Assembly (NCBI GenBank): GCA_963665125.2
Contig: CAXXUK010000002.1
Coordinates: 320,001 to 384,000 of the forward strand
Source of the DNA: an uncultured Desulfarculus sp.
GTDB taxonomy: Bacteria; Desulfobacterota; Desulfarculia; Desulfarculales; Desulfarculaceae
Length of the DNA: 64,000 nucleotides
Direction: 5' to 3'
This document shows positions 37,540 to 48,481 of the stretch, piece by piece; position 1 is the first letter of the stretch; every line of letters starts with the position of its first letter. The notes under the pieces are model-generated. The model was given only the letters and a program-made list of their open reading frames with translations, ran no database searches and was not told where the DNA came from. Made by a program: the position numbers and the translations under genes.

Positions 37540-40512
37540 ATGAAAAGATTTCTGGGCGCAATTCTTCCAGCACTGCTTTGCGTGATCCTTTTTGGCGTCA
37601 CCGTCTTTGGTTTTATCCTTCCGACCACCGAACAACACATAATGGACAAAAAGCGGGAAATGACCCGTGAATTGGCCAATACGGTCTGGAACATTTTGGC
37701 CACATATGACCGTCAAGTCAAGGCGGGAACGTTGACTTTGGCCGAGGCCCAGAAAAGGGCCGTCAACCGCATCCAGGCTTTACGCTACGGAAACCACGGC
37801 AAGGACTACTTCTGGATCAACGACATGGATTCCGTGGTGATCATGCACCCCTACCGCAAGGATCTGGTGGGCCGTGATCTTACCGATTTCCGCGACCCTC
37901 TGGGTAAGCGCATGTTCAGCGAATTCGTGCGCGTTGTCCGGGAACGGGGTGCCGGTTTCGTGTCCTATCATTGGCAGTGGATGGACGACCCAACCCGCAT
38001 CGAGCCCAAGATATCGTATGTAAAGGGCTTCAAGCCGTGGGGTTGGGTGGTCGGCACCGGCATATATACCGATGATGTGCGTCAAGAGATGCACACAATG
38101 ACCAAGAACCTGACCATTGTCGGTTTGGGGGTTCTGTTTTTGGTCGCGCTGCTTTCTGGTTATTTGACCATCCGCGAGGTCCGGGCGGAACGCAAATCGC
38201 AAGAAGCCACCGAAAGCCTGCGCGAGATGATGGAGAAGTACCGCGCGGTTTTGGAGTCGTCGCCGGATCCGGTGATTCTTTATGACGACAAAGGTAACGC
38301 CACATATGTAAATCCGGCTTTCACGCGGGCGTTCGGTTGGCAGGCCGATGAGGTTCTGGGAAGGCGTATTGATTTCGTGCCCAAGGAAGAGACCAAACGG
38401 AGCATGGACGCCATCCAGGAAGTGTATACGGGGCCCAGAGGCATGAAGTCCTTTGAAAGCCGCCGTCTGACCAAGCACGGCGCGATACTCAACGTGATGA
38501 TCAGCGCCGCCGTCTACCGCAGCGATGACGGCACTCCCGTGGGCATGGTCGTCAACATCACCGACATCACCAATATCATGCGCGCCGAAGAGGCCCTGCG
38601 CCAGAGCGAGGAAAAGTTCCGCAGTATCAGCGCCAACGCCCTGGACGGCATAATCATGATCGACCCCGTTGGCTGCGTTATTTTCTGGAATCAGGCCGCC
38701 GCCAAGATATTCGGTTACAGCGCCGCCGAGGTGTTGGGCCGGGAACTGCATGAAACCATTTCGCCCGATAGATACATGGACGATTATCGTAAGGCCTTCA
38801 CCAAATTCGCCGACTCGGGGAGAGGGAATGCCGTGGGCCGCATGGTGGAACTGACGGCCATGCATAAAGACGGGACCGAGTTCCCGGTGGAGTTGTCCGT
38901 TTCGGCCCTGCAGATGCACGACCAGTGGTACGCCGTTGGTATCGTGCGGGATATCACCGAACGCAAGCGGGCCGAGGAGGCCTTGCGCAACAGCGAGCAG
39001 CGTTACCGGGCCATTATACAAAGCGTTCCAAACGCGGTGATGATCAGCGACCGCGACTCGGGCCGCATCCTGGAAATTAATGAATTCTTTTGCGAACTGA
39101 CCGGATACGATCAAAGCGAGGCCATCGGCAAGACGATCCTGGAGTTGAACCTATACGCAGAGCCGGCGGATCACAAAAGGCTGGCCAAGATGATAGACGA
39201 ACACGGCGAGATAAATTCGGCCAATGTCGTTTATAAGGACAGATACGGCAACAGGGTGGAGGGCCTGGTGGCGGTCCGCCAGTTTTTATATGCTGGCCGC
39301 CAATGCCTGTTGTCCGTAACTCAGGACATAACTCAACTGCGCAAGGCCGAGGAGGAACAAATGCGCCTCCACGCCCAATTGCAAAGGGCCCAGCGCATGG
39401 AGGCCATCGGCACCCTGGCCGGAGGCGTGGCCCACGACTTCAACAACCTCCTGCAGGCCATCAGCGGCTATACCCAGCTTATTATGGGAATGGATCAATT
39501 GCCCGAAAAGGTGGAAGAGTACGCCGCCGATATCGATCACGCCGCTGGCAGGGCCTCGGATTTGGTCAAGCGCCTGCTTACCTTCAGCCGCAAGGTTGAG
39601 CCGGAGTTCAAGCCGGTTGACCTGAATGCCGAGGTGACGAGCGCGGTTAGGATGCTCGAGCGCACCATTCCCAAGATGATTGAAATAACTACGGACTTGA
39701 GCGCCGATCTGTGGCCGGTGATGGCCGACCCGAACCAAATAGAGCAGGTTCTGATGAATCTGGGCGCCAACTCCCGCGACGCAATGCCCGAAGGCGGCAC
39801 GCTCTCCATGTCATCCGGCAATGTTATTTTTGAACGGGACCGTGTAATCGGCAACGAGGAACTCAAGGCAGGCAATTATGTGCTCATTTGTGTCAAAGAC
39901 ACCGGCCAGGGCATGGACGCCGAGACCCTGAAAAAGATATACGATCCGTTCTTTTCCACAAAGGGCGTGGGCAAGGGCACGGGTTTGGGCATGTCCATCG
40001 TTTACGGCATCGTGGAAGGCCATGGCGGCAAAATAGTTTGCAACAGCCAACTGGGCAAGGGCACTGAATTTCAGATATATCTTCCGGCCGCGGCCGAAGC
40101 GTTGCCCCAATATGAGTCCCATTCCGAAACGCAGGGACAAGCGCCGGGCGGCAGCGAGACGATCCTGATTGTCGATGATGAAATGCCGCTGCTGAAGGTC
40201 AGCAATGACCTCTTGCGGGAAAAAGGCTACAGCGTGATGACCGCATCCAACGGAGAAGAGGCCGTGGAGCTGTATCAACAGCAGGGCGAGGCAATCGACC
40301 TGGTGATAATGGACCTGGGAATGCCCGGTATGGGCGGCCGCCGGGCCCTGGAGGAAATCCTGCGCATAGACCCCGAGGCCAAGGTCATTATTTCCAGCGG
40401 CTACAGCTCGCCTTCGGAGTTTGACGGAAAAATGAATGGGGCCAAGGCCTATATCGACAAGCCCTTCCGCCTGCACAATCTGCTGCGGTTGATGCGCACC
40501 GTACTGGATTGA
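37540..40512 (+). CDS. Hybrid histidine kinase (Cache-3xPAS-HisKA-HATPase-REC)
   Basis: DYFWIND..MHP, KISYVKGFKPWGWVVGTGIY; AHDFNNLL; receiver MDLGMP. Confidence 0.95.
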   Translation: MKRFLGAILPALLCVILFGVTVFGFILPTTEQHIMDKKREMTRELANTVWNILATYDRQVKAGTLTLAEAQKRAVNRIQALRYGNHGKDYFWINDMDSVVIMHPYRKDLVGRDLTDFRDPLGKRMFSEFVRVVRERGAGFVSYHWQWMDDPTRIEPKISYVKGFKPWGWVVGTGIYTDDVRQEMHTMTKNLTIVGLGVLFLVALLSGYLTIREVRAERKSQEATESLREMMEKYRAVLESSPDPVILYDDKGNATYVNPAFTRAFGWQADEVLGRRIDFVPKEETKRSMDAIQEVYTGPRGMKSFESRRLTKHGAILNVMISAAVYRSDDGTPVGMVVNITDITNIMRAEEALRQSEEKFRSISANALDGIIMIDPVGCVIFWNQAAAKIFGYSAAEVLGRELHETISPDRYMDDYRKAFTKFADSGRGNAVGRMVELTAMHKDGTEFPVELSVSALQMHDQWYAVGIVRDITERKRAEEALRNSEQRYRAIIQSVPNAVMISDRDSGRILEINEFFCELTGYDQSEAIGKTILELNLYAEPADHKRLAKMIDEHGEINSANVVYKDRYGNRVEGLVAVRQFLYAGRQCLLSVTQDITQLRKAEEEQMRLHAQLQRAQRMEAIGTLAGGVAHDFNNLLQAISGYTQLIMGMDQLPEKVEEYAADIDHAAGRASDLVKRLLTFSRKVEPEFKPVDLNAEVTSAVRMLERTIPKMIEITTDLSADLWPVMADPNQIEQVLMNLGANSRDAMPEGGTLSMSSGNVIFERDRVIGNEELKAGNYVLICVKDTGQGMDAETLKKIYDPFFSTKGVGKGTGLGMSIVYGIVEGHGGKIVCNSQLGKGTEFQIYLPAAAEALPQYESHSETQGQAPGGSETILIVDDEMPLLKVSNDLLREKGYSVMTASNGEEAVELYQQQGEAIDLVIMDLGMPGMGGRRALEEILRIDPEAKVIISSGYSSPSEFDGKMNGAKAYIDKPFRLHNLLRLMRTVLD

Positions 40513-40519
40513 CGCGACA

Positions 40520-41611
40520 TCAGGCGCCGCTGTAACCCCGCTTGCTGCGGCCCTGGGATATCATTGACATGAATTCCAGGAATTTGCGCAACAGTTCCAT
40601 CGACAGCAGGCGGCCCATATCCTTGATCATTATCTGCACGGCCTCCAGAGGCTTGAGGGCTGGCTTGTAACAGCGCTCCGAGGTGATGGCGTCATATGCG
40701 TCGATGATCCGCACTATTGTGGCCAGAAAAGATATCTCGCCGTCGGTCAGGCCGTCAGGATAGCCGCTGCCGTCAAGGTTTTCGTGGTGCTGGGCCGCTA
40801 TTTCCAGCGATTCCACGGGCAGGACCTGCTGTTCGGCCAGAATGCGGAAACTGTGCTGGGGATGGGTGCGGATCTCGGCCCATTCCATGGGATCAAGGCC
40901 CGAAGGCTTTGAAAGGATGTTGGGGTCGATATACTTCTTGCCGATATCATGGTATAGGGCCCCGGCCGACAGGGCCACCGCGTCGTCGTCTTCAAGTTTG
41001 AGGTACGCACCAAACGCCGTGGAGAGCACGCATACGTTGACCGAGTGGTTGTACAGGTCGTAGTCGACAGTCAGCAATTCCGGCAGTCTGTATATAAGCA
41101 CCGGGTTGTCCCGCACCACCGTGGCGAAGGTCCGGGAATATTCCAAGCCCTTTTGCAGGTTGTCTTGCAGGTTGTCGTCTTCCAAAGCCGAGCGGATAAG
41201 CAGCATTGCGTTATCGTAGACAGCCTCGCATTTTTCCTCCACGCTGGGGCTGGGATTTTGCAGTATCTGCATTGTGCGGCCGGCGACGTATTGTAAAAGC
41301 AGCTTGCGGCGTTGGCGCTCGACATAGAATTCATCCATGCCCAAGCTACGCATTTTTTGTAAATATTCGGAGTTCGGCTCACTGCCTTCCTTGAGCACCT
41401 TGATCAAACGCACGGTTGCGTCTCTTCCGGTGAAAGGCAGGTACAGGTCCACGGGAAGCTTTCTTTCCGGTTCGATAATGCGGCTGGCCACGGGGGTCAT
41501 GTTCTGGATGGCTTTTTCAAATGTGTCTTTGTCTACCGATACAGCCTTTAACGTCTGAGCCGCGGTATTGGAGGCATCAGGTGATGGCTCTGTCTGCCAT
41601 GCCTTTTTCAT
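40520..41611 (-). CDS. HD-GYP domain phosphodiesterase
   Basis: HSVNV, HDIGK, HHENLDGSGYP, DAYDAITSERCYK; start uncertain. Confidence 0.9.
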   Translation of the reverse strand: MKKAWQTEPSPDASNTAAQTLKAVSVDKDTFEKAIQNMTPVASRIIEPERKLPVDLYLPFTGRDATVRLIKVLKEGSEPNSEYLQKMRSLGMDEFYVERQRRKLLLQYVAGRTMQILQNPSPSVEEKCEAVYDNAMLLIRSALEDDNLQDNLQKGLEYSRTFATVVRDNPVLIYRLPELLTVDYDLYNHSVNVCVLSTAFGAYLKLEDDDAVALSAGALYHDIGKKYIDPNILSKPSGLDPMEWAEIRTHPQHSFRILAEQQVLPVESLEIAAQHHENLDGSGYPDGLTDGEISFLATIVRIIDAYDAITSERCYKPALKPLEAVQIMIKDMGRLLSMELLRKFLEFMSMISQGRSKRGYSGA

Positions 41612-42053
41612 CGAGCGTGCTCTCAGTCGGCTAAGGCAATCCACTGTCGGGTGTAAATGCCATAGGCGCCAATGTACGGTATGTTCGTAACTTTTTTCTC
41701 TATTAAAATTATACTGTAGCAAACAGGGTATTAAGAAAAGAAATAAGTTTTTTCCTTTCGGATTGACGGGGCTGATATGCGGTAACAAATTGTAATTACA
41801 TGAAATTAATTATGGTAAAGCCATGGGGGACGACCTGACGGGCCCCGCAGGAAGACTGACGCCGTTTTGCCGATTTGAACGTAACACCAATGTCGCGATA
41901 TCGTCTCTTGGTTGATATGGGCCGGGGTTTGCTTTTAGAGGTGCCGGTATTATGCTGATATGCCTGTGAGCTTGACCCAGGTTCTTGACAAGGACCGGGG
42001 CCGGGGATAAAAGGTATGTTTCTATTGTTATGTACAACACATGGACCAAGGAA

Positions 42054-42431
42054 ATGATCAAACTTGATTTCGAGAAAACGGGCGGCCTGATACCGGCCAT
42101 CGCCCAGGACGCGGCCAGCGGCGAAGTTTTAATGCTGGCCTACATCAACGAGGAAGCCTGGAACAAGACCCTGGAAACCGGCGAGGCCCATTATTGGTCC
42201 CGCAGCCGCCAGGAATTGTGGCATAAGGGCGGCACCAGCGGCAACGTCCAGATAATCAAGTCCATCCATGTTGACTGCGATGATGACACGGTAGTCTACA
42301 AGGTCGAGCAGATCGGCGGCGCGGCCTGTCACACCGGCATGCGCACCTGTTTTTACCGCCGGGTACAGGGCGATGAATTGGTAACCGAGGGCGAGCCGGT
42401 GTTCGACCCCGAGGAGGTGTACGGCAAATGA
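42054..42431 (+). CDS. hisI: Phosphoribosyl-AMP cyclohydrolase
   Basis: VLMLAY, YWSRSR, DCDDD, ACHTG..CF. Confidence 0.96.
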   Translation: MIKLDFEKTGGLIPAIAQDAASGEVLMLAYINEEAWNKTLETGEAHYWSRSRQELWHKGGTSGNVQIIKSIHVDCDDDTVVYKVEQIGGAACHTGMRTCFYRRVQGDELVTEGEPVFDPEEVYGK

Positions 42432-43303
42432 AAGAGCCGCTGAAGCTGGGAGTGCCCAAGGGAAGCCTGCAAGACGCCACGGTGCGCCTGTTCGCCAAGG
42501 CCGGCTGGAAGATCAACGTCAACGGCCGCAGCTATTTCCCCGAGATCGACGACCCGGATATCGTCTGCTCGCTGTGCCGGGCCCAGGAAATGAGCCGCTA
42601 TGTTGAAAACGGCACCCTGGACGCCGGCATCACCGGCCGCGACTGGATCCTGGAAAACGAATCAGACGTGCATTATGTCCAGGAGCTGATCTACTCCAAG
42701 GTTTCCTCCCGCCCGGCCCGCTGGGTCCTGGCCGTTGCCGCCGACTCGGGCATCGAGACCGAGGCCGATCTGGCCGGTAAGCGTGTGGCCACCGAGATGG
42801 TCCACTTCACGGAAAAATATTTCGCCGAGCGCAATATTCCTGTGACCGTGCATTTTTCCTGGGGCGCCACCGAGGCCAAGGTCGTCAACGGCCTGGCCGA
42901 CGCCATTGTCGAGGTCACCGAGACCGGCTCGACCATCAAGGCCCACGGCCTTAAGATCATCAATGAGCTGATGCAGTCCACCACCCAGCTCATCGCCAAC
43001 CACGACGCCTGGGTCAACGAGGAAAAGAAAAGGAAGATCGAACAGATCTCCATGCTCCTCAAGGCCGCCCTGGAGGCCGAAAAGCTGGTGGGCCTGAAGA
43101 TGAACGTGCCCAAGATCAAGTGCCAGGACTTGGTCGACGCCCTGCCCAGCCTCAATGCCCCCACCGTGGCCCCGCTTTACAACAGCGACTGGTTCGCCGT
43201 GGAGACCATTGTCAAGGAATCGCAGGTGCGCGATCTCATCCCCGTGCTCATCGAAAGAGGCGCCGAGGGAATCATTGAGTATTCCTTGAACAAAGTTATC
43301 TGA
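42428..43303 (+). CDS. hisG: ATP phosphoribosyltransferase (long form)
   Basis: [27 protein letters not shown]. Confidence 0.96.
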   Translation: MKEPLKLGVPKGSLQDATVRLFAKAGWKINVNGRSYFPEIDDPDIVCSLCRAQEMSRYVENGTLDAGITGRDWILENESDVHYVQELIYSKVSSRPARWVLAVAADSGIETEADLAGKRVATEMVHFTEKYFAERNIPVTVHFSWGATEAKVVNGLADAIVEVTETGSTIKAHGLKIINELMQSTTQLIANHDAWVNEEKKRKIEQISMLLKAALEAEKLVGLKMNVPKIKCQDLVDALPSLNAPTVAPLYNSDWFAVETIVKESQVRDLIPVLIERGAEGIIEYSLNKVI

Positions 43304-43412
43304 TTACCCACGGGGAAGCCCTTGCCGGGGCTTGCTTCAAAAAATCTCGGCGCGCCATCTCCGTGGCGCGCCGTCAATTTATGGGCCGATGCGCCCTTTT
43401 GGGAGTTGATGT

Positions 43413-44591
43413 ATGGGCATAAGCAGCCGCGCCAAGGACGTGCCGCCGTTCATCGTCATGGACGTTTTGGAGCGGGCCCAGGCCTTGCAGGCCCAGGGCC
43501 GCGACATCATCCACCTGGAGGTGGGCGAGCCGGATTTCGACACGCCCCAGGTGATAAAGCAGGCCGCCATCAAGGCCATGGAAGACGGCCACACCCACTA
43601 TACCCACTCCCTGGGCCTGCTGGAGCTGCGCGAGGCCATTGCCGCGCACTACAACAAGCGCTACGGCGTGAATGTGGACCCCGGCCGCATAATGGTGACC
43701 AGCGGCACCAGCCCGGGCATGCTCCTGATGTTTTCGGCCCTGGTGGAGCACGGCGCGGGCCACGAGGTGATCATCAGCGATCCGGGCTATGCCTGCTATT
43801 CCAACTTCATCGAATTCGTGGGCGGCACGGTGGCCCCGGTGAAGGTGGCCGAGGAAGACGCCTTCCAATACCGGCCCGAGGCCATCGCCAAGGCCATGAA
43901 CGACAAGACGCGGGCCATTGTGATCAACTCGCCGGCCAACCCCACGGGCCAGCTCTTGAGCGCCGAGCGCATGAAGGCCATCGCCGAGCTGGCTCCGGGC
44001 AATGTGGGCGGGCCCTATATCGTCAGCGACGAGATCTACCACGGCCTGGTCTACGAGGGCAAAGAACACAGCATCCTGGAGTTCACCGACAACGCCTTTG
44101 TCCTGGGCGGCTTCAGCAAGCTGCACGCCATGACCGGCTGGCGGCTGGGCTACCTCATCGCACCGGAGCACTATGTGCGGCCCCTGCAGAAGATGCACCA
44201 GAACTTCGCCATCTGCGCGCCCAGCGTGGCCCAATGGGCGGGCATCGCCGCCCTGACCAAGGCCGACGACGATATCAAGGTGATGGTGGACACCTACGCC
44301 AAGCGGCGCAAGGCCATGGTGGCCGGGCTGCGGGATCTGGGCTTTTCCATTCCCCACGAGCCGTTTGGTGCGTTCTACGTGCTCACCCGCTGCGACCACC
44401 TGAACCCGGACGACTATGAGCTGGCCTTCCATATTCTGGAAAACGCCGGAGTGGCCGTGACGCCGGGGCGGGATTTCGGGCCGGGGGCCTATGGCTATCT
44501 GCGCTTCAGCTACGCCAACAGTCTGGAGAATATCCAGCGGGCCATGGTCCGGTTGCGGGAATACCTGGACAAGTTCCACCCCAATCGCTAG
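43413..44591 (+). CDS. PLP-dependent aminotransferase class I/II
   Basis: GEPDF, NSPANPTG, SDEIY, FSKLHAMTGWRLG. Confidence 0.95.
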   Translation: MGISSRAKDVPPFIVMDVLERAQALQAQGRDIIHLEVGEPDFDTPQVIKQAAIKAMEDGHTHYTHSLGLLELREAIAAHYNKRYGVNVDPGRIMVTSGTSPGMLLMFSALVEHGAGHEVIISDPGYACYSNFIEFVGGTVAPVKVAEEDAFQYRPEAIAKAMNDKTRAIVINSPANPTGQLLSAERMKAIAELAPGNVGGPYIVSDEIYHGLVYEGKEHSILEFTDNAFVLGGFSKLHAMTGWRLGYLIAPEHYVRPLQKMHQNFAICAPSVAQWAGIAALTKADDDIKVMVDTYAKRRKAMVAGLRDLGFSIPHEPFGAFYVLTRCDHLNPDDYELAFHILENAGVAVTPGRDFGPGAYGYLRFSYANSLENIQRAMVRLREYLDKFHPNR

Positions 44592-44615
44592 GCGGCCAAA
44601 TAAAGCATAAACAAC

Positions 44616-44646
44616 GCCCGGCCTGGTTGACCCAAGCCGGGCTTTT
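44616..44646. terminator. Bidirectional terminator (duplicated at 45491-45521)
   Basis: GCCCGGC...GCCGGGC-TTTT between convergent genes. Confidence 0.6.
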
Positions 44647-44667
44647 CAATTTTTCAATGGATCGCGC

Positions 44668-44981
44668 TTAGTCCTTGTCCCTTAAAAATTGGCAACCCAA
44701 TTCGCAACGGGTCTTGGCCCCGATATCGTCGCTATACCAACCAGCGCATTTGCCCTTGCAATAGGAAAAGGCAGATTCTTCGCCATTGCCCTAAAGGCGC
44801 GCGTCCAAATAGCTATAGCAGCCCGATTGGCCCGCAACCGATTGGCCCGAACAGGGGCTGTTCACCAGATATACGATAAAGGGATCCGCCCAAACGCGGT
44901 CCCGGCTTATGAGGCCGCCGGTGCAGTCAGGAGAACGGCCGCCACGACCAAACATGCGACAATGGACAATACAATGCGCAT
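44668..44981 (-). pseudogene. Degenerate paralog of the Cys-rich exported protein at 45543-45851
   Basis: C-terminus CKGKCAGWYSDDIGAKTRCELGCQFLRDKD is nearly identical; two internal stops and a frameshift upstream. Confidence 0.8.
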
Positions 44982-45022
44982 AATCGGCGCCGGTTTTTAT
45001 TAATGTATTCGCGAGAATAATG

Positions 45023-45310
45023 CTACTGCTTCAACTGCGCATAGTGCACGGCCACTTGATCGCCGTACATATAGACCCGCTGCACACTGTAGCCGTTATT
45101 TCTGTAACAGCTGGGCACGTCATAGGTGATGGTGAATTCCGGGTCCGGGATGTTGCCGGTCATGCCCTGGGCGTCCAGGTCCGTGCGGATGCAAGAGTAA
45201 TCGTCGGCCCTGGCCTCCGGAACATCGGCATGGAGATAGATCAGGGCCGAGGCCGCGGCCATGCCGCAAACGAAAATGATTAGAGTGCTGACAAACTTTC
45301 TTATTTTCAT
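45023..45310 (-). CDS. Small exported/anchored hypothetical protein (copy A')
   Basis: N-terminal hydrophobic segment, EARA-DDYSC; near-identical paralog at 45939-46219. Confidence 0.8.
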   Translation of the reverse strand: MKIRKFVSTLIIFVCGMAAASALIYLHADVPEARADDYSCIRTDLDAQGMTGNIPDPEFTITYDVPSCYRNNGYSVQRVYMYGDQVAVHYAQLKQ

Positions 45311-45542
45311 TTCGCCCTCTCAGGATCATGGATTGAACGTTTTCACCAGTGAATCTTACGTCATTTGAGATGACTATAATACAATTCGGCTTTGTGGAAA
45401 GTAAATTGTGAGAACCCCGGGTTTCTGGTGGATCAGTTTGGGTCCGCCGGAGATCGCCGGGCGACGTCGGGGCTGATGACCACAAAAAACGCCCGGCCTG
45501 GTCGACCCAATCCGGGCTTTTCAGTTTTTCAATGGATCGCGC

Positions 45543-45851
45543 TTAGTCCTTGTCCCTTAAAAATTGGCAACCCAATTCGCAACGGGTCTTGTCCCCGATA
45601 TCGTGGCTATACCAACCAGCGCATTTGCCCTTGCAATTGGTCAAGGCAGTATCTTCGCTTTGGCATTGGATGCGATTCAGTAAATAGGCATAACAACCGC
45701 TTTTACTGGCATAAGCTTTGTCCGAGCAGGCCCTTTCCGCCAGGAAGTATACAAAAGAATCCGTTGCGGTTGCGACCTTGGGTGTGGCGAGCAGCAGGAC
45801 CATGGCGGCCATGGCGGCCATGGCAAATACTGCGGCAGTCTTTTTTTTCAT
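45543..45851 (-). CDS. Small Cys-rich exported protein (twin CX3C)
   Basis: GGAG RBS, signal peptide, CKGKC...CELGC. Confidence 0.78.
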   Translation of the reverse strand: MKKKTAAVFAMAAMAAMVLLLATPKVATATDSFVYFLAERACSDKAYASKSGCYAYLLNRIQCQSEDTALTNCKGKCAGWYSHDIGDKTRCELGCQFLRDKD

Positions 45852-45938
45852 GACAAGCTCCGTATTAATTGAGACTTCCCCATCCGCCGGCCGGGAACCA
45901 TACTGGTTGTCCCCGCCCTGCGTTTTTTTGAAGACGTT

Positions 45939-46219
45939 TTAGTCCTTCGCATAGTGCACTGCCACTTGATCGCCGTACATATAGACCCTCTGCACGCGAT
46001 AGCCGTTGGATCCATAGCACGAGGGAACGTCATAGGTGATGGTGAACTCCGGGTCCGGGATGTTGCCGGTCATGCCCTGGGCGTCCAGGTCCGTGCGGAT
46101 GCAGGAGTACTGGTCAGCCCTGGCCTCCGGAACATTGGCATGGAGATAGATCAGGGCTGAAGCCGCGGCCATTCCGGCCACAAAAATTAAAACGCCGCCA
46201 ATTGTTTTTTTATTTTCAT
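45939..46219 (-). pseudogene. Copy A of the small exported protein, frameshifted in an A7 tract just after the start
   Basis: ATG 46219 with GGAG RBS hits TAA after 10 codons; adding one A gives MKIKKTIGGVLIFVAGM, collinear with MKIRKFVSTLIIFVCGM of copy A'. Confidence 0.7.
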
Positions 46220-46586
46220 GACACTCTCCCGTATGTGCGTTGTTTATTCCCATACTCGCTGTTTTACTTCCCTGGCTCCGGCAAAGCAGCGGTCCAAGTT
46301 TGGAGTCTGGTAGCACGTCATCAAAAAGAAATATCCGACCAAACCAGAGAAACATCGACTGTATATAATTACTATACCAAGAAATATAAATAGTCGGCAT
46401 TACTTCTTGGTGTGGTGCGAAAGTGATTTACTCTGACGCCTGCCGCGGGATACTGCCCGTTTCGTGCCGGGTCAACGGAATCTTGTTGGTCGCTTTTGTA
46501 ATTAAGGGCGCGACAAAGCGATTCAGCCGCTTAGCGCCTGTCAGGCGGGCCGGGCCGTGTTATGCTAGGCCCACGGAGGCTTGTTA

Positions 46587-47180
46587 ATGGATTTCATCAT
46601 CAAGGACGCCGAGTTTCTGACGGCGGCGGTTAACGCCAAGGGCTACCCTGAGGAGGGGCCGCCGGAGATCGCCTTTGCCGGGCGTTCAAACGTGGGCAAG
46701 AGCTCGCTGATCAACTGCCTGCTGCGGCGCAAGAAACTGGTCAAGGTCTCCCAGCGGCCAGGCCGCACCCAGCAGATCAACTTTTTCGACATCAACGGCG
46801 GCGAGTTGCGCTTCACCGACCTGCCGGGCTACGGCTTTGCCAAGGTGCCGCTGTCGGTGAAAAAGGGCTGGAAGGCCATGATCGAGTCGTATCTGGAGCA
46901 CCGGCCCACGCTTAAAGCCGTAGTGGTGATCCTGGACATCCGCCGGGAGCCCAACCAGGAAGACCAGATGCTCATGGGTTGGCTGCTAAGCATCGGCATA
47001 CCCACCATAGTTGCCGTAACCAAGGCCGACAAACTCAGCAACAATCAGCAGGCCCAGCGCCTCAAGGTTTTGCGCCCGCTCTTGAAGCTCTATGACCCCA
47101 CGCCCGTGCCGTGCAGCGCCCAGACCGGACAGGGCCGCGAGGAAATCTGGCGCCGCATTCTGGAAGCTGCCGAAATATAA
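46587..47180 (+). CDS. engB: Ribosome biogenesis GTPase EngB/YihA/YsxC
   Basis: GRSNVGKSSLIN, PGRTQ, DLPGYG, TKADK. Confidence 0.96.
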   Translation: MDFIIKDAEFLTAAVNAKGYPEEGPPEIAFAGRSNVGKSSLINCLLRRKKLVKVSQRPGRTQQINFFDINGGELRFTDLPGYGFAKVPLSVKKGWKAMIESYLEHRPTLKAVVVILDIRREPNQEDQMLMGWLLSIGIPTIVAVTKADKLSNNQQAQRLKVLRPLLKLYDPTPVPCSAQTGQGREEIWRRILEAAEI

Positions 47181-47185
47181 AGCAA

Positions 47186-47698
47186 TTACGAGGCTGGGTC
47201 TTCACCCGGCGGCTGGCTGATCAGGTTGCCTTTGCCCAGGGTATTTTTTTCCGCGCAATCGGCGTCACCGCCTTTGGTGCGGATTATCAGCCAGTAACCG
47301 ATGCTCAGGGCCAGCACCACCGCCGCCGTGGCGAAGATGTAAAGCGGGCCGGTTTCCTTGAAATCCAGGATGATCACCTTTCGGGCGATGGCCATCAGGG
47401 CCGTGGCCATGACTATCTTCACATGAATCACGTCGCTGCGCAGATACAGGTAGATGTTGATGAATATCTCGATGGCGATTAGCACGGCCATGAACGCGCC
47501 GAAGGTGGCCAGGATGTCGCTGATGTTGAGGATGCCGTAGGGCTCGGTGGTCAGGCGTCTGTAGAGCACCCAGCCCACATCGGCCACGCCCCAGAGGATG
47601 ACGAACGTCATCATGACCGCCAGGATGCGCACCGCGAAGCGGATGACCTTGCGCAGTTTGCTGATCAGCGGGTCATCATAACCGTATAACTCGTCCAT
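47186..47698 (-). CDS. Phosphate-starvation-inducible PsiE-family membrane protein
   Basis: FGAFMAVLIAIEIF, ATALMAIARKVIILD. Confidence 0.85.
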   Translation of the reverse strand: MDELYGYDDPLISKLRKVIRFAVRILAVMMTFVILWGVADVGWVLYRRLTTEPYGILNISDILATFGAFMAVLIAIEIFINIYLYLRSDVIHVKIVMATALMAIARKVIILDFKETGPLYIFATAAVVLALSIGYWLIIRTKGGDADCAEKNTLGKGNLISQPPGEDPAS

Positions 47699-47781
47699 GG
47701 CCTCCCCCGGTGATGGTGCTTTGCTACATCGTCCACTATAGCATGAAAAGTAAAGGCCCCGGAATGGGGCCCAATTGACAG

Positions 47782-48114
47782 CTAAAAAACCATTTTTTCG
47801 GGCGGGCGGCGTTCGGGCACATACTCTCGCTCGATTTTGCCGTCCAGCCAGTCCTTGTTTACGTACAGGTTGCAGTAGCAACTGCCGTATTGGGCCACAT
47901 CGGCCTCGCGGTAGGCGCAGGGGCAGATGATGTCGGCGTCGGCCTTTTTATCGCCCGAGCCCAGGCGGCAGGGGCAGCACATATAGCCGTAGCGCTCCTT
48001 GTTGGCCAGCAGTCCGGCCATGAGATCCATGACCCGCTCGTTGTCCTCGGAGAAAAAATAGCCTTTGGGCTCCTGAACCTTTTTGAGCATATCGTGGAGT
48101 TCGGCAGGTGTCAT
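47782..48114 (-). CDS. Ferredoxin-thioredoxin reductase catalytic-subunit-like protein
   Basis: CPCR...ICPC...GSCYCNLY. Confidence 0.92.
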   Translation of the reverse strand: MTPAELHDMLKKVQEPKGYFFSEDNERVMDLMAGLLANKERYGYMCCPCRLGSGDKKADADIICPCAYREADVAQYGSCYCNLYVNKDWLDGKIEREYVPERRPPEKMVF

Positions 48115-48365
48115 AGGCCCAGTGCCTCCTTGATCTCTTTTTCGCGGAAGCCCACGATGACCTTGTCACCGACGACCAGGGTTGGGAACGATAACGCCGG
48201 GTTGTATTGCCGCACTTCATCGATCAACTTGCCCCGCTGGTCGGCCGGGCAGGTGTCCACTTCGTAAATGTCGTATTTGACATCGTTTTTATTGAGCAGA
48301 CTCTTGGTGCTCTTGCAATGACTACAGGTGCTCAGGGCATAGAGCTTGATCGCCTTGTCACTCAT
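48111..48365 (-). CDS. Glutaredoxin/NrdH-like protein
   Basis: LSTCSHCK, SFPTLVV..IVGF; coupled to the FTR gene. Confidence 0.92.
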   Translation of the reverse strand: MSDKAIKLYALSTCSHCKSTKSLLNKNDVKYDIYEVDTCPADQRGKLIDEVRQYNPALSFPTLVVGDKVIVGFREKEIKEALGL

Positions 48366-48481
48366 CTGGGCCTCGCATTTTGTTATGCCGGGCCCATGGA
48401 GGCTGCCCGGCGAAGTTTATACATAGCAATAGCATAGCATCTGTGATGGCCGGGGCAAACCAAAGCTTGTGGTGCTGTATT

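Noticed and set aside
46359..46374. CTGT-N8-ACTA SOS-box-like sequence
   Set aside because: Imperfect, and the LexA motif for this lineage cannot be assumed
46220..46400. ORF-track N-terminal extension of 45939-46400
   Set aside because: Paralog alignment and RBS point to ATG 46219 with a frameshift
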